From contig JBIKZA010000001.1 in the NCBI GenBank assembly GCA_044354975.1, forward strand, positions 11,094-75,093: a stretch of 64,000 nucleotides of DNA, given 5' to 3'. This document shows, piece after piece, positions 48,350 through 56,563 of this stretch. The notes under the pieces were generated by a model that was given only the letters and a program-made list of their open reading frames with translations, searched no databases and had not been told where the DNA came from. The DNA comes from Flavobacteriales bacterium (GTDB lineage: Bacteria; Bacteroidota; Bacteroidia; Flavobacteriales_D; Sanyastnellaceae). A program made the position numbers and the translations under genes. Each line of letters opens with the position of its first letter. The first letter of the stretch is position 1.

Positions 48350-48787
48350 ATGGAAGGAAAAGAAATTTACCATTTTTGGTATTTTGATGATAGGTACTTT
48401 ATTAATTGCCCAACGAAATCAGGTTGGATAATTAAAAGTATTTTATTCAATAAGCTTGACGAAGAGTGTTTATTCAATTTAGCTCTTTTTGATTATTTAC
48501 CCGAAGAAAAAACATGGTCCGACACCAATAGAAGTCAACCGAATAAACTTACAATGCTGTTTTTTACGATTAGTGAAATTGTTTTAGATTTTTTGAATAA
48601 TCACCCCGAAGCTGTAGTTTCTTTTCAAGGTAATACTCAGAGTAAATCAAGACTTTACAGCATTTTCATTTCTCATCACTTAGATTTCATTGCTGATAAG
48701 TTTCAGGTGCTTGGTGAAACTGAGAATGAAATTGAAAGGTTTCAAGCCAATAAAAAGTATTTAACAATATTCATTCTGAGGAAATAA
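48350..48787 (+). CDS. hypothetical protein (resembles a small Bacteroidota family I recall as DUF6934; unverified)
   Basis: 145 aa; C-terminal pattern ..FQGNTQSKSRLYSIFISHHLDFIADKFQVLG..; A+T-rich. Confidence 0.5.
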   Translation: MEGKEIYHFWYFDDRYFINCPTKSGWIIKSILFNKLDEECLFNLALFDYLPEEKTWSDTNRSQPNKLTMLFFTISEIVLDFLNNHPEAVVSFQGNTQSKSRLYSIFISHHLDFIADKFQVLGETENEIERFQANKKYLTIFILRK

Positions 48788-48804
48788 ATCAATAAATTAG
48801 ACTA

Positions 48805-48969
48805 ATGGAAAAAACGTCATTACAAAATAGCACCCCAATCCCTGCAGAGGTTATTTCAACGCCTATTCCCACTTCCGAAAAATTTCAGGAAGCGAAAAAA
48901 AGATTGCCAGAAACACTGGCAAAACTTAAAGCTTTTAATGAAAAGCAAAAGCTTGAGCAGAAGAGTTAG
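48805..48969 (+). CDS. possible small ORF (54 aa), hypothetical
   Basis: MEKTSLQNSTPIPAEV..KLKAFNEKQKLEQKS read by hand. Its stop codon is the first nt of the GAAT array. Confidence 0.3.
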   Translation: MEKTSLQNSTPIPAEVISTPIPTSEKFQEAKKRLPETLAKLKAFNEKQKLEQKS

Positions 48970-49165
48970 AATGTCTTCGACGAATGTGCAAGCACGAATG
49001 TTGCAGGGCAACGAATGTTCTCTGAACGAATGCCTGCGGCGAATGTCTTCGACTGTCATTCAACAACGCAGTTCTAATTACGAAGTAGGAATTATGAAAT
49101 AGGAATTACTTAGTTCCAATTACGCAGTAGGAATAAAACCGAAGGTTTTCCAATAACGCAGTTAA
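48969..49165. repeat. mini-hairpin array, GAAT linker (6 plus-oriented units) then inverted GGAAT/CCAAT-linked units (about 6)
   Basis: gaat|gtc-ttc-gac|gaat|gtgc-aa-gcac|gaat|gttgc-agg-gcaac|gaat|gttc-tct-gaac|gaat|gcc-tgc-ggc|gaat|gtc-ttc-gac ... aat|tac-gaa-gta|ggaat|tat-gaa-ata|ggaat|..|aaaacc-gaa-ggtttt|ccaat|aac-gca-gtt. The last unit overlaps the rlmF stop. Confidence 0.88.
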
Positions 49166-50049
49166 TACTTCCAAGCAACCACTCGACTCGATTTATTTCC
49201 GATGTTCATCGGAAGAATCCGCATATCGCGGGCATCGACGTATTCGAGTTTGAGTTGAATTTTTTTGAGTGTGCTTTCTTTTGAAACGAGTGTGCTGAAC
49301 CACTCGACTTGATTTGCATAGACTGCGCTTTGAAGAATCATTTTTTCAATGAAGGTTTCTTCTCCGCCTTCGCACCAGAGCTCGGTTCCTTGTCCACCGA
49401 AATTCAATTGCACTTTCGCGTTTCGTGAATTTTTCAGGTTTCTGTTTTTTCGAAGGTTTCCTTGCTGCGCTTCCTGAAGTGAAGCGTGGAAGGGAGGATT
49501 GCAAACGGTTAGCTGGAATTTTTCTTCGGGAAGAATAATTCCGTGAAAGATATCGTGCGCATTTTTTTGATGACGCAATTCTATTTTATGTTGAAGGGAA
49601 TCGTTCTCGTCGACAATTTTTTGTGAAGCCGCAATGGCTTTTTCATCGATGTCTGAACCCACGAAATTCCAGTTGTATTCGTGAACGCCAATGATGGGGT
49701 AAATGCAGTTCGCGCCCACACCCACATCGAGCACACGAATGTTGTTTCCTAATTTTTTATCTTGAAGGAAATTCGGATTGTTCTTGTAGAGCAGATCGGC
49801 TATTTGGTGCAGATACTCAGCTCTTCCCGGGATGGGAGGACACAAATAATTTTCGGGAATATCCCAATTCGCCACTCCGTAATTTTTCTTCAGCAACGCC
49901 TTATTCAGCAGCTTCACGGCCTCCGCATTGAAGAAATCGATGCTCTCATTTCCGTATGCATTCATTTTCACAAACGCCCCTAACTCGGGAATGGCTTGAA
50001 TGAGTTCTGGGAAGTTGTATTTGTCGTTATGTTGATTTCTTGGATGCAT
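49162..50049 (-). CDS. rlmF: 23S rRNA (adenine1618-N6)-methyltransferase
   Basis: 295 aa; N-terminal HPRNQH..Y.F..LI and catalytic NPPFH. Confidence 0.9.
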   Translation of the reverse strand: MHPRNQHNDKYNFPELIQAIPELGAFVKMNAYGNESIDFFNAEAVKLLNKALLKKNYGVANWDIPENYLCPPIPGRAEYLHQIADLLYKNNPNFLQDKKLGNNIRVLDVGVGANCIYPIIGVHEYNWNFVGSDIDEKAIAASQKIVDENDSLQHKIELRHQKNAHDIFHGIILPEEKFQLTVCNPPFHASLQEAQQGNLRKNRNLKNSRNAKVQLNFGGQGTELWCEGGEETFIEKMILQSAVYANQVEWFSTLVSKESTLKKIQLKLEYVDARDMRILPMNIGNKSSRVVAWKY

Positions 50050-50195
50050 TTTTTGTCAATGTTTGTTGAGTTCTTCGTTCAATTGTAACCTGAACTTCCG
50101 CGTCAATTCGGGACTTTTCAGAAACTTGCTGAAAGGTAGCTTTACCCTGTTTCCTGACTTCCCGAAGAGTATATGCCATGCTTTTTATAATTCGA

Positions 50196-50203
50196 CAAAC
50201 CTA
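50196..50203 (-). promoter_or_regulatory. candidate -7 promoter box (TAGGTTTG) upstream of rlmF leader
   Basis: Exact TAnnTTTG match on the minus strand, 17 nt upstream of the small-ORF ATG at 50179. Confidence 0.3.
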
Positions 50204-50211
50204 GTCAAAAA

Positions 50212-50247
50212 AGAACAAAAAAAATGACCCGCGTTTCGCGGGTCATT
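50212..50247 (-). terminator. rho-independent terminator after the 665-aa T9SS cargo gene
   Basis: atgacccgcg-aaac-gcgggtcat hairpin followed by a T8 run on the minus strand. Confidence 0.85.
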
Positions 50248-50268
50248 AGTTGATTTGCTAAGGCGGAA

Positions 50269-52266
50269 TTATAATTTAATAATACGCTCTTTATAAGTTG
50301 TATTACCAGCAATAATTTGCACGTTATAAATTCCTGACTTTAAGTCCGACAAATTAATACTCAGTGGTGAGCTTAGGTATTTAATTTTCTCATTTTTAAC
50401 TACTCTACCAGACATGTCATAGATTACAAGATCTAGATTATTTTCTTTGAAGTTGGTAGTTTCAATGAACAATTGATCAGCTGTAGGATTTGGATAAACT
50501 CTAATTTGGTTGTTTACCGTTGCTAATTCTGACACCCCAATACTTGGCTGAACATTCATGCTGAAATTACAAATTTGACCACCGAAATCAATCGAGAAAC
50601 TAGCGGTTCCCGACGTGGATGGTGTTCCTGTAATTGAAATGGCAATAATACCGTTACCATTAGCAAGCACCCCTTGGCTAATGTTTGCAGTTAATCCAGT
50701 AACTCCTGTAGAGGCAATGTTAATAGCATTGTAATTCCCTCCGTTTCCACCGGAATATGGAAGAGTCGCAGAAACAGCAGATGCTACAGTGCCTTGGGTT
50801 AAGCTGCCTGAAGTTTGAACATTTGCGCAATCCAAAGATGCAACTGAGGCAGATGTTGGAATTGGGGGTTGACCCGCATTATATTCAATGTTAAATGAAG
50901 AAAGCATAAAGACAGGTGGTTGAGCAGCTCCGAAAATATAATATCCCGTGGCAACTTGAAACGGTAGGCTAAACGAATAGGTTTGAGGATAGTTGTAATC
51001 AAATACAAAGTCGAACTGTGATGTTACCGCAGTTGCTCCGGCGGCTATTGGGTTAGGTGTGTCTTGAAAATAGTTATACCAACTAATAGGATATACTGGA
51101 CCGGAAGTTCCTACATCACCCCACCAGATATGAATATCGCCAATGTTATTGTAATAGCTTGTGCCATCGAAATAAAATAGCCCTCCCTGAACAAAATTAG
51201 CATCAAATTCAGAGTTGTTATTTATTTTAATGAACGTTTCAATCTGTTCATTTGGCTCAACCAGCCCATCTCCGTCTCCCACGCTATCTGGGTTATCGTC
51301 GTCATCAACTGTGCGTGAGTGCATTGAAATCGCCTTAATGGGTATAGGAATACAAGGGGTAGAATACTCAATCCCATCTTCAACAACGACAACCTCGAAA
51401 TATGCAGTGAAATTTTGGGTTACAGTATCATGAACCATGAATTCAAATTCATTGGTCGACCATGCGTTATTGTTCCAAGCCACATTGTTTAATCCTGCCG
51501 TGCTGTCGGTAATAGTGATTTGAGTGTTGTTTGTTCTTAATTTACAAGAACCAGAAACAATGCTTTGGCCATTTATTTTTCTGTTCTGAGTTTGAAATTT
51601 AAAACGAATAGGCACGCCTACATTGATTAGGTTAGCAGGGTTGTTTGGGTTTTCATTTATAGAAGCCGGTAATACATTAATGGCATTGCCTTGATCATCA
51701 AATATATTGGCCCCGTTGTAGACATAATCAAAATAGGTGTTACCTAAGTTCGTAAGCGTCTGTTGATCAACGAAAGCAATGTTGGTCAAATAAACTTCTG
51801 AGTTTGGCACACATGGGTCAGGTGGTGGTGGTGAAGTAACGCAAAAACTCCAAACGTTAGGGTTTCCGTTACCGTTAAGAGGAGCACCTACTGCATTGCC
51901 GTCAGCATAAACTTGAAAAGTTGCACCACCGTCTGTATAGTCATCTACATAAATCAGATCAAAACAAGAACCGGTTGTTAAACAACCTACAGACTCAGTA
52001 ACAACAGTGTTACTTGCATAGGCACCTGGGTCACCTGGTGATGCAATTTGTGCATTCGACCCTGCACATCCAACGTTTGTGTTACCAAAAGTTCCGATAA
52101 TACCGTTGCCGCAGCCAGCTCCAGTATTGGTGATTTGCCAAAAACACTCGTAACCATATTGGTCAGTTGTGACATCTACGGTTACGTTTTGTTGTCCTGA
52201 GGGACATTGAGCTAGAGCGCCGAGACAGACGCTTAGAAAAGTAAGAAAAGTAAAGGTTTTTTTCAT
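50269..52266 (-). CDS. large secreted protein with T9SS C-terminal sorting domain
   Basis: Signal peptide, Cys-rich N-terminal module and a Por tail IRVYPNPTADQLFIE... Visibly more A+T-rich than neighbouring housekeeping genes. Confidence 0.8.
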   Translation of the reverse strand: MKKTFTFLTFLSVCLGALAQCPSGQQNVTVDVTTDQYGYECFWQITNTGAGCGNGIIGTFGNTNVGCAGSNAQIASPGDPGAYASNTVVTESVGCLTTGSCFDLIYVDDYTDGGATFQVYADGNAVGAPLNGNGNPNVWSFCVTSPPPPDPCVPNSEVYLTNIAFVDQQTLTNLGNTYFDYVYNGANIFDDQGNAINVLPASINENPNNPANLINVGVPIRFKFQTQNRKINGQSIVSGSCKLRTNNTQITITDSTAGLNNVAWNNNAWSTNEFEFMVHDTVTQNFTAYFEVVVVEDGIEYSTPCIPIPIKAISMHSRTVDDDDNPDSVGDGDGLVEPNEQIETFIKINNNSEFDANFVQGGLFYFDGTSYYNNIGDIHIWWGDVGTSGPVYPISWYNYFQDTPNPIAAGATAVTSQFDFVFDYNYPQTYSFSLPFQVATGYYIFGAAQPPVFMLSSFNIEYNAGQPPIPTSASVASLDCANVQTSGSLTQGTVASAVSATLPYSGGNGGNYNAINIASTGVTGLTANISQGVLANGNGIIAISITGTPSTSGTASFSIDFGGQICNFSMNVQPSIGVSELATVNNQIRVYPNPTADQLFIETTNFKENNLDLVIYDMSGRVVKNEKIKYLSSPLSINLSDLKSGIYNVQIIAGNTTYKERIIKL

Positions 52267-52369
52267 TGTATTTTGTTTTCCACAAAATTGAACAATTATT
52301 ATTTTGAACCGTACAGGCTATAGCTGTAATTAACAAATAATTATTGTAATTATTTACAAAAGACAATTA

Positions 52370-52377
52370 TATATTTG
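52370..52377 (+). promoter_or_regulatory. candidate -7 promoter box (TATATTTG) 5 nt upstream of the HTH gene ATG
   Basis: Exact TAnnTTTG match. Confidence 0.3.
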
Positions 52378-52382
52378 CTTAA

Positions 52383-52742
52383 ATGGAACCGATTGATCTT
52401 GCATCTAATATTCGGCTTATTCGGGAAGCTAGATCTCTAAGCCAGGAATATGTAGCAGTGCAATTGAACATTACACAGCAGGCCTATTCAGCCATTGAAA
52501 AGAAACCTGAAAAGGCTACTTTGAAACGTCTAAAAGATATTGCCGTTATTTTCCAAGTGCCCATGATTACTCTGTTAGGAGAGGATGAGGAGGCGCTTCA
52601 ACAGAATTTCAACCAAGCGGGTGGAAATGCAGGGACAAAATCAAAAAATATCTATACAAACGCAGACGTTTTGGAAAGGCTTGTTGCTGAACTGAAGGAT
52701 GAAATTAATTTTCTAAGGTCTGCTCTTTTGAAAAAAAAGTGA
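52383..52742 (+). CDS. XRE-family helix-turn-helix transcriptional regulator
   Basis: N-terminal HTH_3 pattern (IRLIREARSLSQEYVAVQLNITQQAYSAIEK) and a C-terminal coiled-coil-like tail. Confidence 0.8.
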   Translation: MEPIDLASNIRLIREARSLSQEYVAVQLNITQQAYSAIEKKPEKATLKRLKDIAVIFQVPMITLLGEDEEALQQNFNQAGGNAGTKSKNIYTNADVLERLVAELKDEINFLRSALLKKK

Positions 52743-52805
52743 ATGTATTTGTTTTTTCACTAGAAATATTTGTGAAGAATTTTTTAGTTATGAGCATATA
52801 ATTCT

Positions 52806-52833
52806 CAAACAAAAAGCTTTCCGTAGAAAGCTT
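52806..52833 (-). terminator. rho-independent terminator after tRNA-Pro
   Basis: aagctttc-tacg-gaaagctt hairpin then TTTTTGTTTG on the minus strand. Confidence 0.7.
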
Positions 52834-52842
52834 AAATTTTAG

Positions 52843-52915
52843 TCGGGATGACAGGACTTGAACCTGCGACCACACGCCCCCCAGACGTGTACTCTACCAA
52901 CTGAGCTACATCCCG
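52843..52915 (-). tRNA. tRNA-Pro (anticodon GGG)
   Basis: Hand-folded cloverleaf: acceptor cgggatg/catcccg, D arm gctc-agttggta-gagt, anticodon arm cacgt-ctGGGgg-gcgtg, T arm gcagg-ttcaagt-cctgt. Confidence 0.9.
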
Positions 52916-52998
52916 TTTTTGAAGAGGAGCAAAAGTAAGAAAATTCTAAGCCCTCCCCCTCGCGTTTGTCTTTATTTTTGCAGTCTAACTCGCGCGAT

Positions 52999-55416
52999 AT
53001 GAAAATCTCTTACAAACTTCTTTCACAATTGGTTCAACCCCTGCCGGCCCCAGAACTAGTGGCTGCAACCCTTACCAGAACCGGTCTTGAAGTGGAAGGC
53101 ATTGAAAGCGTAGAGAAAATTCCAGGCGGATTGAAAGGCGTGGTAGTCGGACATGTACTCGAATGCGAAAGACACCCCGATGCCGATCGCTTGTCAATTA
53201 CAAAAGTGAATCTCGGTGAAGGCGAGCTCGTTCAGATTGTTTGTGGTGCGCCGAATGTGGCTGTCGGACAAAAAGTGTTGGTTGCTACTGTTGGAACAAC
53301 TTTGTATCCCTCATCTGGCGAGTCTTTCACCATTAAAAAAAGTAAAATTCGCGGAGCAGAATCTATAGGCATGATCTGCGCGGAAGACGAACTAGGCCTC
53401 GGTGCTTCACACGACGGTATTCTTATTCTTCCAGCAGAAACAGTGGTTGGAATTCCGGCTGCTGTTGCGCTCAACATAGAAAGCGATGCATGCCTCGAAA
53501 TTGGTATTACTCCGAATAGAACAGATGCTCTTTCACATGCAGGTGTGGCGCGCGACTTCGCTGCTGCGTGGAATTTGGAAAACGAAAATAAGGTTGCGCT
53601 TTCAAGCACCACCGCCCCAGCGATTTCCTTCCAACCGAAAAATTGGAAATTAGATCTTCACGAAAACACAGAGTGCACGCGCTATGCGTTCGCGGTGATT
53701 AGCGGAATTGAAAATCAAGAGACTCCTACTTTCATCAAAGAAACATTGGCTGTTATCGGCGTGAAGAGCGTGAACCTGTGTGTAGACGTGACCAACTTCG
53801 TTCAACACGAATTGGGACAGCCGCTGCATGTGTTCAAGGCGAATGATTTTCCGAATCAGACCATCACGGTTCGAAATGCAAATACAGATGAAGCGTTAGA
53901 AACCCTCGACGGTGTTTCGCGCAAACTCACCAGCGAGGACGTGGTTATTTCCAACCAAAACGAAGTGCTTTGCATGGGTGGTGTTATGGGTGGAATAAAT
54001 GCGGGCGTGAGCGCTGAAGATTCGTTCGTTGTTTTTGAAAGTGCGTGCTTCAATGCGGTGCGTGTGCGCAAGAGCGCGAAGCGTCACCAGATTCATTCCG
54101 ATTCTTCGTTCCGCTTTGAACGCGGAGTTGCGGTTGATGGAATTCCGAATGCGTTAGCGCGTGCTTGGGAATTAATTCAAGCAGAAAATCCAAATGCGGT
54201 GCTGGTGGAAGCAGAAGATATTTATCCGGTTGCACTTCCGAAAACCGAAATTGAAGTCAAGGAAAGTTATTTGAAATCGCTTTTAGGAATTGACATTCCA
54301 AGCGAAATTGTTGTTTCCATATTGAACGATTTACAGTTCGAAGTTTCAACTGTTGAAGGTGGTTGGAAAGTGCTTGTGCCTTACAACCGTGTGGAAGTAA
54401 CGCGTCCGGCCGACGTGGCGGAAGAGGTGCTTCGCATCTACGGATACGACAAAGTTGAATTGCCTTCGCGCATGACGCTTTCTTTGAATACCAAAGGAAA
54501 AACAGAGAGTCTGCATTTCCGTTTGGCCGACCTGCTTGTTGCAGAGGGCTACACCGAAATCATGAACATGTCGTTAACGAAAAGCAAGTACGCTGAAGCG
54601 TTCGATGCGGCCTTGGGTGTGAACAGTGTTTCATTGTTGAATCCGTTGAGCAAAGATCTTTCGCACATGCGTAGTTCGTTGTTGTTCGGTGGAATGGAAA
54701 GCATTTCGTTGAATGAAAAACACAGAGCAACCGATCTTCGTTTGTTTGAAATTGGAAAGGAATACCGCAAGACGGAAAACGGATATAAAGAGAAGCGCAA
54801 ATTAGCGTTGTGGTTGTGTGGAAAGGAAAGCGCAGAATCATGGAAAAACCCTTCGAATGCTTCGTCATTAGCGCAATTGCGAGCGGTGGTTGAAAAAATT
54901 TTGAATGCATTGGGCATTCAGCAATGCGATATTGTTTCGCTTCAAGACTCTCCCATTTTCGCATACGGAATGGAGCTTTCTTCTCAGAAAAAATCGTTGG
55001 TGAAGTTGGGACGTGTGAATCCAGAAATTCAAGAAGCAACCGATGTTGAGCAAGAAGTATTCTATGCTGAATTCGATTTCGACACATTGGAAAAATTGAG
55101 AACGCAGCAGCGCAATGCCTTCCAACCGTTGAATAAATTTCCTTGGGTGCGTCGCGATTTATCGCTGTTGTTGAACAAGGAAACTACGTTCGAAAGTCTT
55201 CGTCAGTCTGCCTTAAAAAGCGAAAAGAAATTATTGAAGGAAGTGAATTTGTTCGATGTTTACGAAGGCAAGAATCTTCCAGAAGGCAAGAAATCTTACG
55301 CTCTGAAATTCATACTTCAAGACGCGCAGCAGACCTTAACTGATGAGGTTGTAGAGAAGAGCATGCAGCGCATTTTGCAAGGCTTGCAGACGGAGTGTTC
55401 GGCGGAGTTGAGGTAG
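52999..55416 (+). CDS. pheT: phenylalanine--tRNA ligase beta subunit
   Basis: Starts MKISYKLLSQLV; tRNA-binding, B3/4, B5 and FDX-ACB domain order. ORF-track start 52966 rejected. Confidence 0.95.
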   Translation: MKISYKLLSQLVQPLPAPELVAATLTRTGLEVEGIESVEKIPGGLKGVVVGHVLECERHPDADRLSITKVNLGEGELVQIVCGAPNVAVGQKVLVATVGTTLYPSSGESFTIKKSKIRGAESIGMICAEDELGLGASHDGILILPAETVVGIPAAVALNIESDACLEIGITPNRTDALSHAGVARDFAAAWNLENENKVALSSTTAPAISFQPKNWKLDLHENTECTRYAFAVISGIENQETPTFIKETLAVIGVKSVNLCVDVTNFVQHELGQPLHVFKANDFPNQTITVRNANTDEALETLDGVSRKLTSEDVVISNQNEVLCMGGVMGGINAGVSAEDSFVVFESACFNAVRVRKSAKRHQIHSDSSFRFERGVAVDGIPNALARAWELIQAENPNAVLVEAEDIYPVALPKTEIEVKESYLKSLLGIDIPSEIVVSILNDLQFEVSTVEGGWKVLVPYNRVEVTRPADVAEEVLRIYGYDKVELPSRMTLSLNTKGKTESLHFRLADLLVAEGYTEIMNMSLTKSKYAEAFDAALGVNSVSLLNPLSKDLSHMRSSLLFGGMESISLNEKHRATDLRLFEIGKEYRKTENGYKEKRKLALWLCGKESAESWKNPSNASSLAQLRAVVEKILNALGIQQCDIVSLQDSPIFAYGMELSSQKKSLVKLGRVNPEIQEATDVEQEVFYAEFDFDTLEKLRTQQRNAFQPLNKFPWVRRDLSLLLNKETTFESLRQSALKSEKKLLKEVNLFDVYEGKNLPEGKKSYALKFILQDAQQTLTDEVVEKSMQRILQGLQTECSAELR

Positions 55417-55421
55417 TCTAT

Positions 55422-56531
55422 TTAGTCCACCTTCCATTTCTTTACTAGTTCGTAGTTCACACTGCGTCCGCCTTCTTTGGTTTGTTGTAATATTCTTTTT
55501 TCTACGAGATCTTTAATATCGCGCAAGGCAGTGTCTGACGATGTTTTATTGATTTTCGCCCATTTCGAACTTTGTAATTTACCATCGAAATTGTCAAGCA
55601 GCATGTTCAATATTTTTCTTTGTCTTTCGTTAATTGAAGTCTTTTCGTGGTGTTTCCAGAATGCTGATTTTATGAGAATTTGTTGCATTGTCTTTTCTGT
55701 TGCAAGCATTGCGTTTTTAAGACAATGAAGAAACCAGTTGATCCATTCTGTTATGTCATTCTTGCTGTGTTGAACTTTTTGTAAAACAGTGTAATACATT
55801 TTTCGTTCTTCTAATATTTGGCTCGACATGCTGTAAAAGCGCTCTCCGCTGCCTTCAGCGCGTGCAAGTACCATATCGGTAAGAGCACGAGCCATGCGAC
55901 CGTTACCATCGTCGAACGGATGGATAATGATAAACCAAAAGTGTGCTATAGCTGCTTTTAGGACTGGATCAAGTGAATTGTCTTTATTAAACCAGGTGAT
56001 GAATTTCTTCATTTCTGCTTTTACGAACTTTGGCTTAACTGCTTCATAATGTACTTTCTCTTTTCCCATTGCACCTGAAACAATTTGCATTTCTCCAGTG
56101 CGATAACATCCAACTTCTATGGTATAAGGTCCGCTAAATCCGGTTGGGAAGAGCGCTGCATGCCAGCCGAACAAACGTTTTTCAGTTAATGGTGAATCAA
56201 ATCGTTGTGTAGCATCAAGCATCATCTCCACGATCCCTTCAATGTGACGACTGCTTTTAATTAGACCTGCTGAATTAATTCCTAATCGTCTGGCAATGGA
56301 AGAGCGCACTTGATCATAGTTGAGCAGTTCACCTTCTATTTCCGATGATTTAACAACATCGAGTGTTAATGCGTTAAGCGTTGCATCTTCTTTTGCCGAA
56401 AATCCAAGAGCATTCATCTGTCCGATGATTTTTCCTTGCCTCAATCGTACGTCTCCGAATATGGAATTAATCTCTGATTCACGCCAAGTGAAATCAGTCC
56501 AGTTTTTGTATTCGTAGATGTATTTTGCCAT
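55422..56531 (-). CDS. Fic-family protein (AMPylase-type, with in-cis inhibitory helix and C-terminal winged-helix region)
   Basis: Fic motif HPFDDGNGRMARAL; upstream SSEIEG matches the (S/T)xxxE(G/N) inhibition motif. Confidence 0.9.
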   Translation of the reverse strand: MAKYIYEYKNWTDFTWRESEINSIFGDVRLRQGKIIGQMNALGFSAKEDATLNALTLDVVKSSEIEGELLNYDQVRSSIARRLGINSAGLIKSSRHIEGIVEMMLDATQRFDSPLTEKRLFGWHAALFPTGFSGPYTIEVGCYRTGEMQIVSGAMGKEKVHYEAVKPKFVKAEMKKFITWFNKDNSLDPVLKAAIAHFWFIIIHPFDDGNGRMARALTDMVLARAEGSGERFYSMSSQILEERKMYYTVLQKVQHSKNDITEWINWFLHCLKNAMLATEKTMQQILIKSAFWKHHEKTSINERQRKILNMLLDNFDGKLQSSKWAKINKTSSDTALRDIKDLVEKRILQQTKEGGRSVNYELVKKWKVD

Positions 56532-56563
56532 AGCCTCTAAGTTATCTGCGGCAAATATAGGAA

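Noticed and set aside
48191-48373. 60-aa minus-strand ORF
   Set aside because: It reads straight through the GGAAT-type repeat copy and overlaps the start of the plus-strand 145-aa gene. It has no protein-like features.
48856-49059. 67-aa minus-strand ORF
   Set aside because: It lies antisense across the GAAT array and the small plus-strand ORF, so it is a periodicity artefact.
16339-49165. CRISPR interpretation of the constant-linker / variable-insert arrays
   Set aside because: The period is only 12-18 nt and the constant part is 3-6 nt. The variable parts are self-complementary hairpins rather than spacers, no cas genes are present, and arrays sit on stop codons.
54560-55087. 175-aa minus-strand ORF. 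Also 53232..53612 - and 54549..54917 -.
   Set aside because: They are antisense to pheT.
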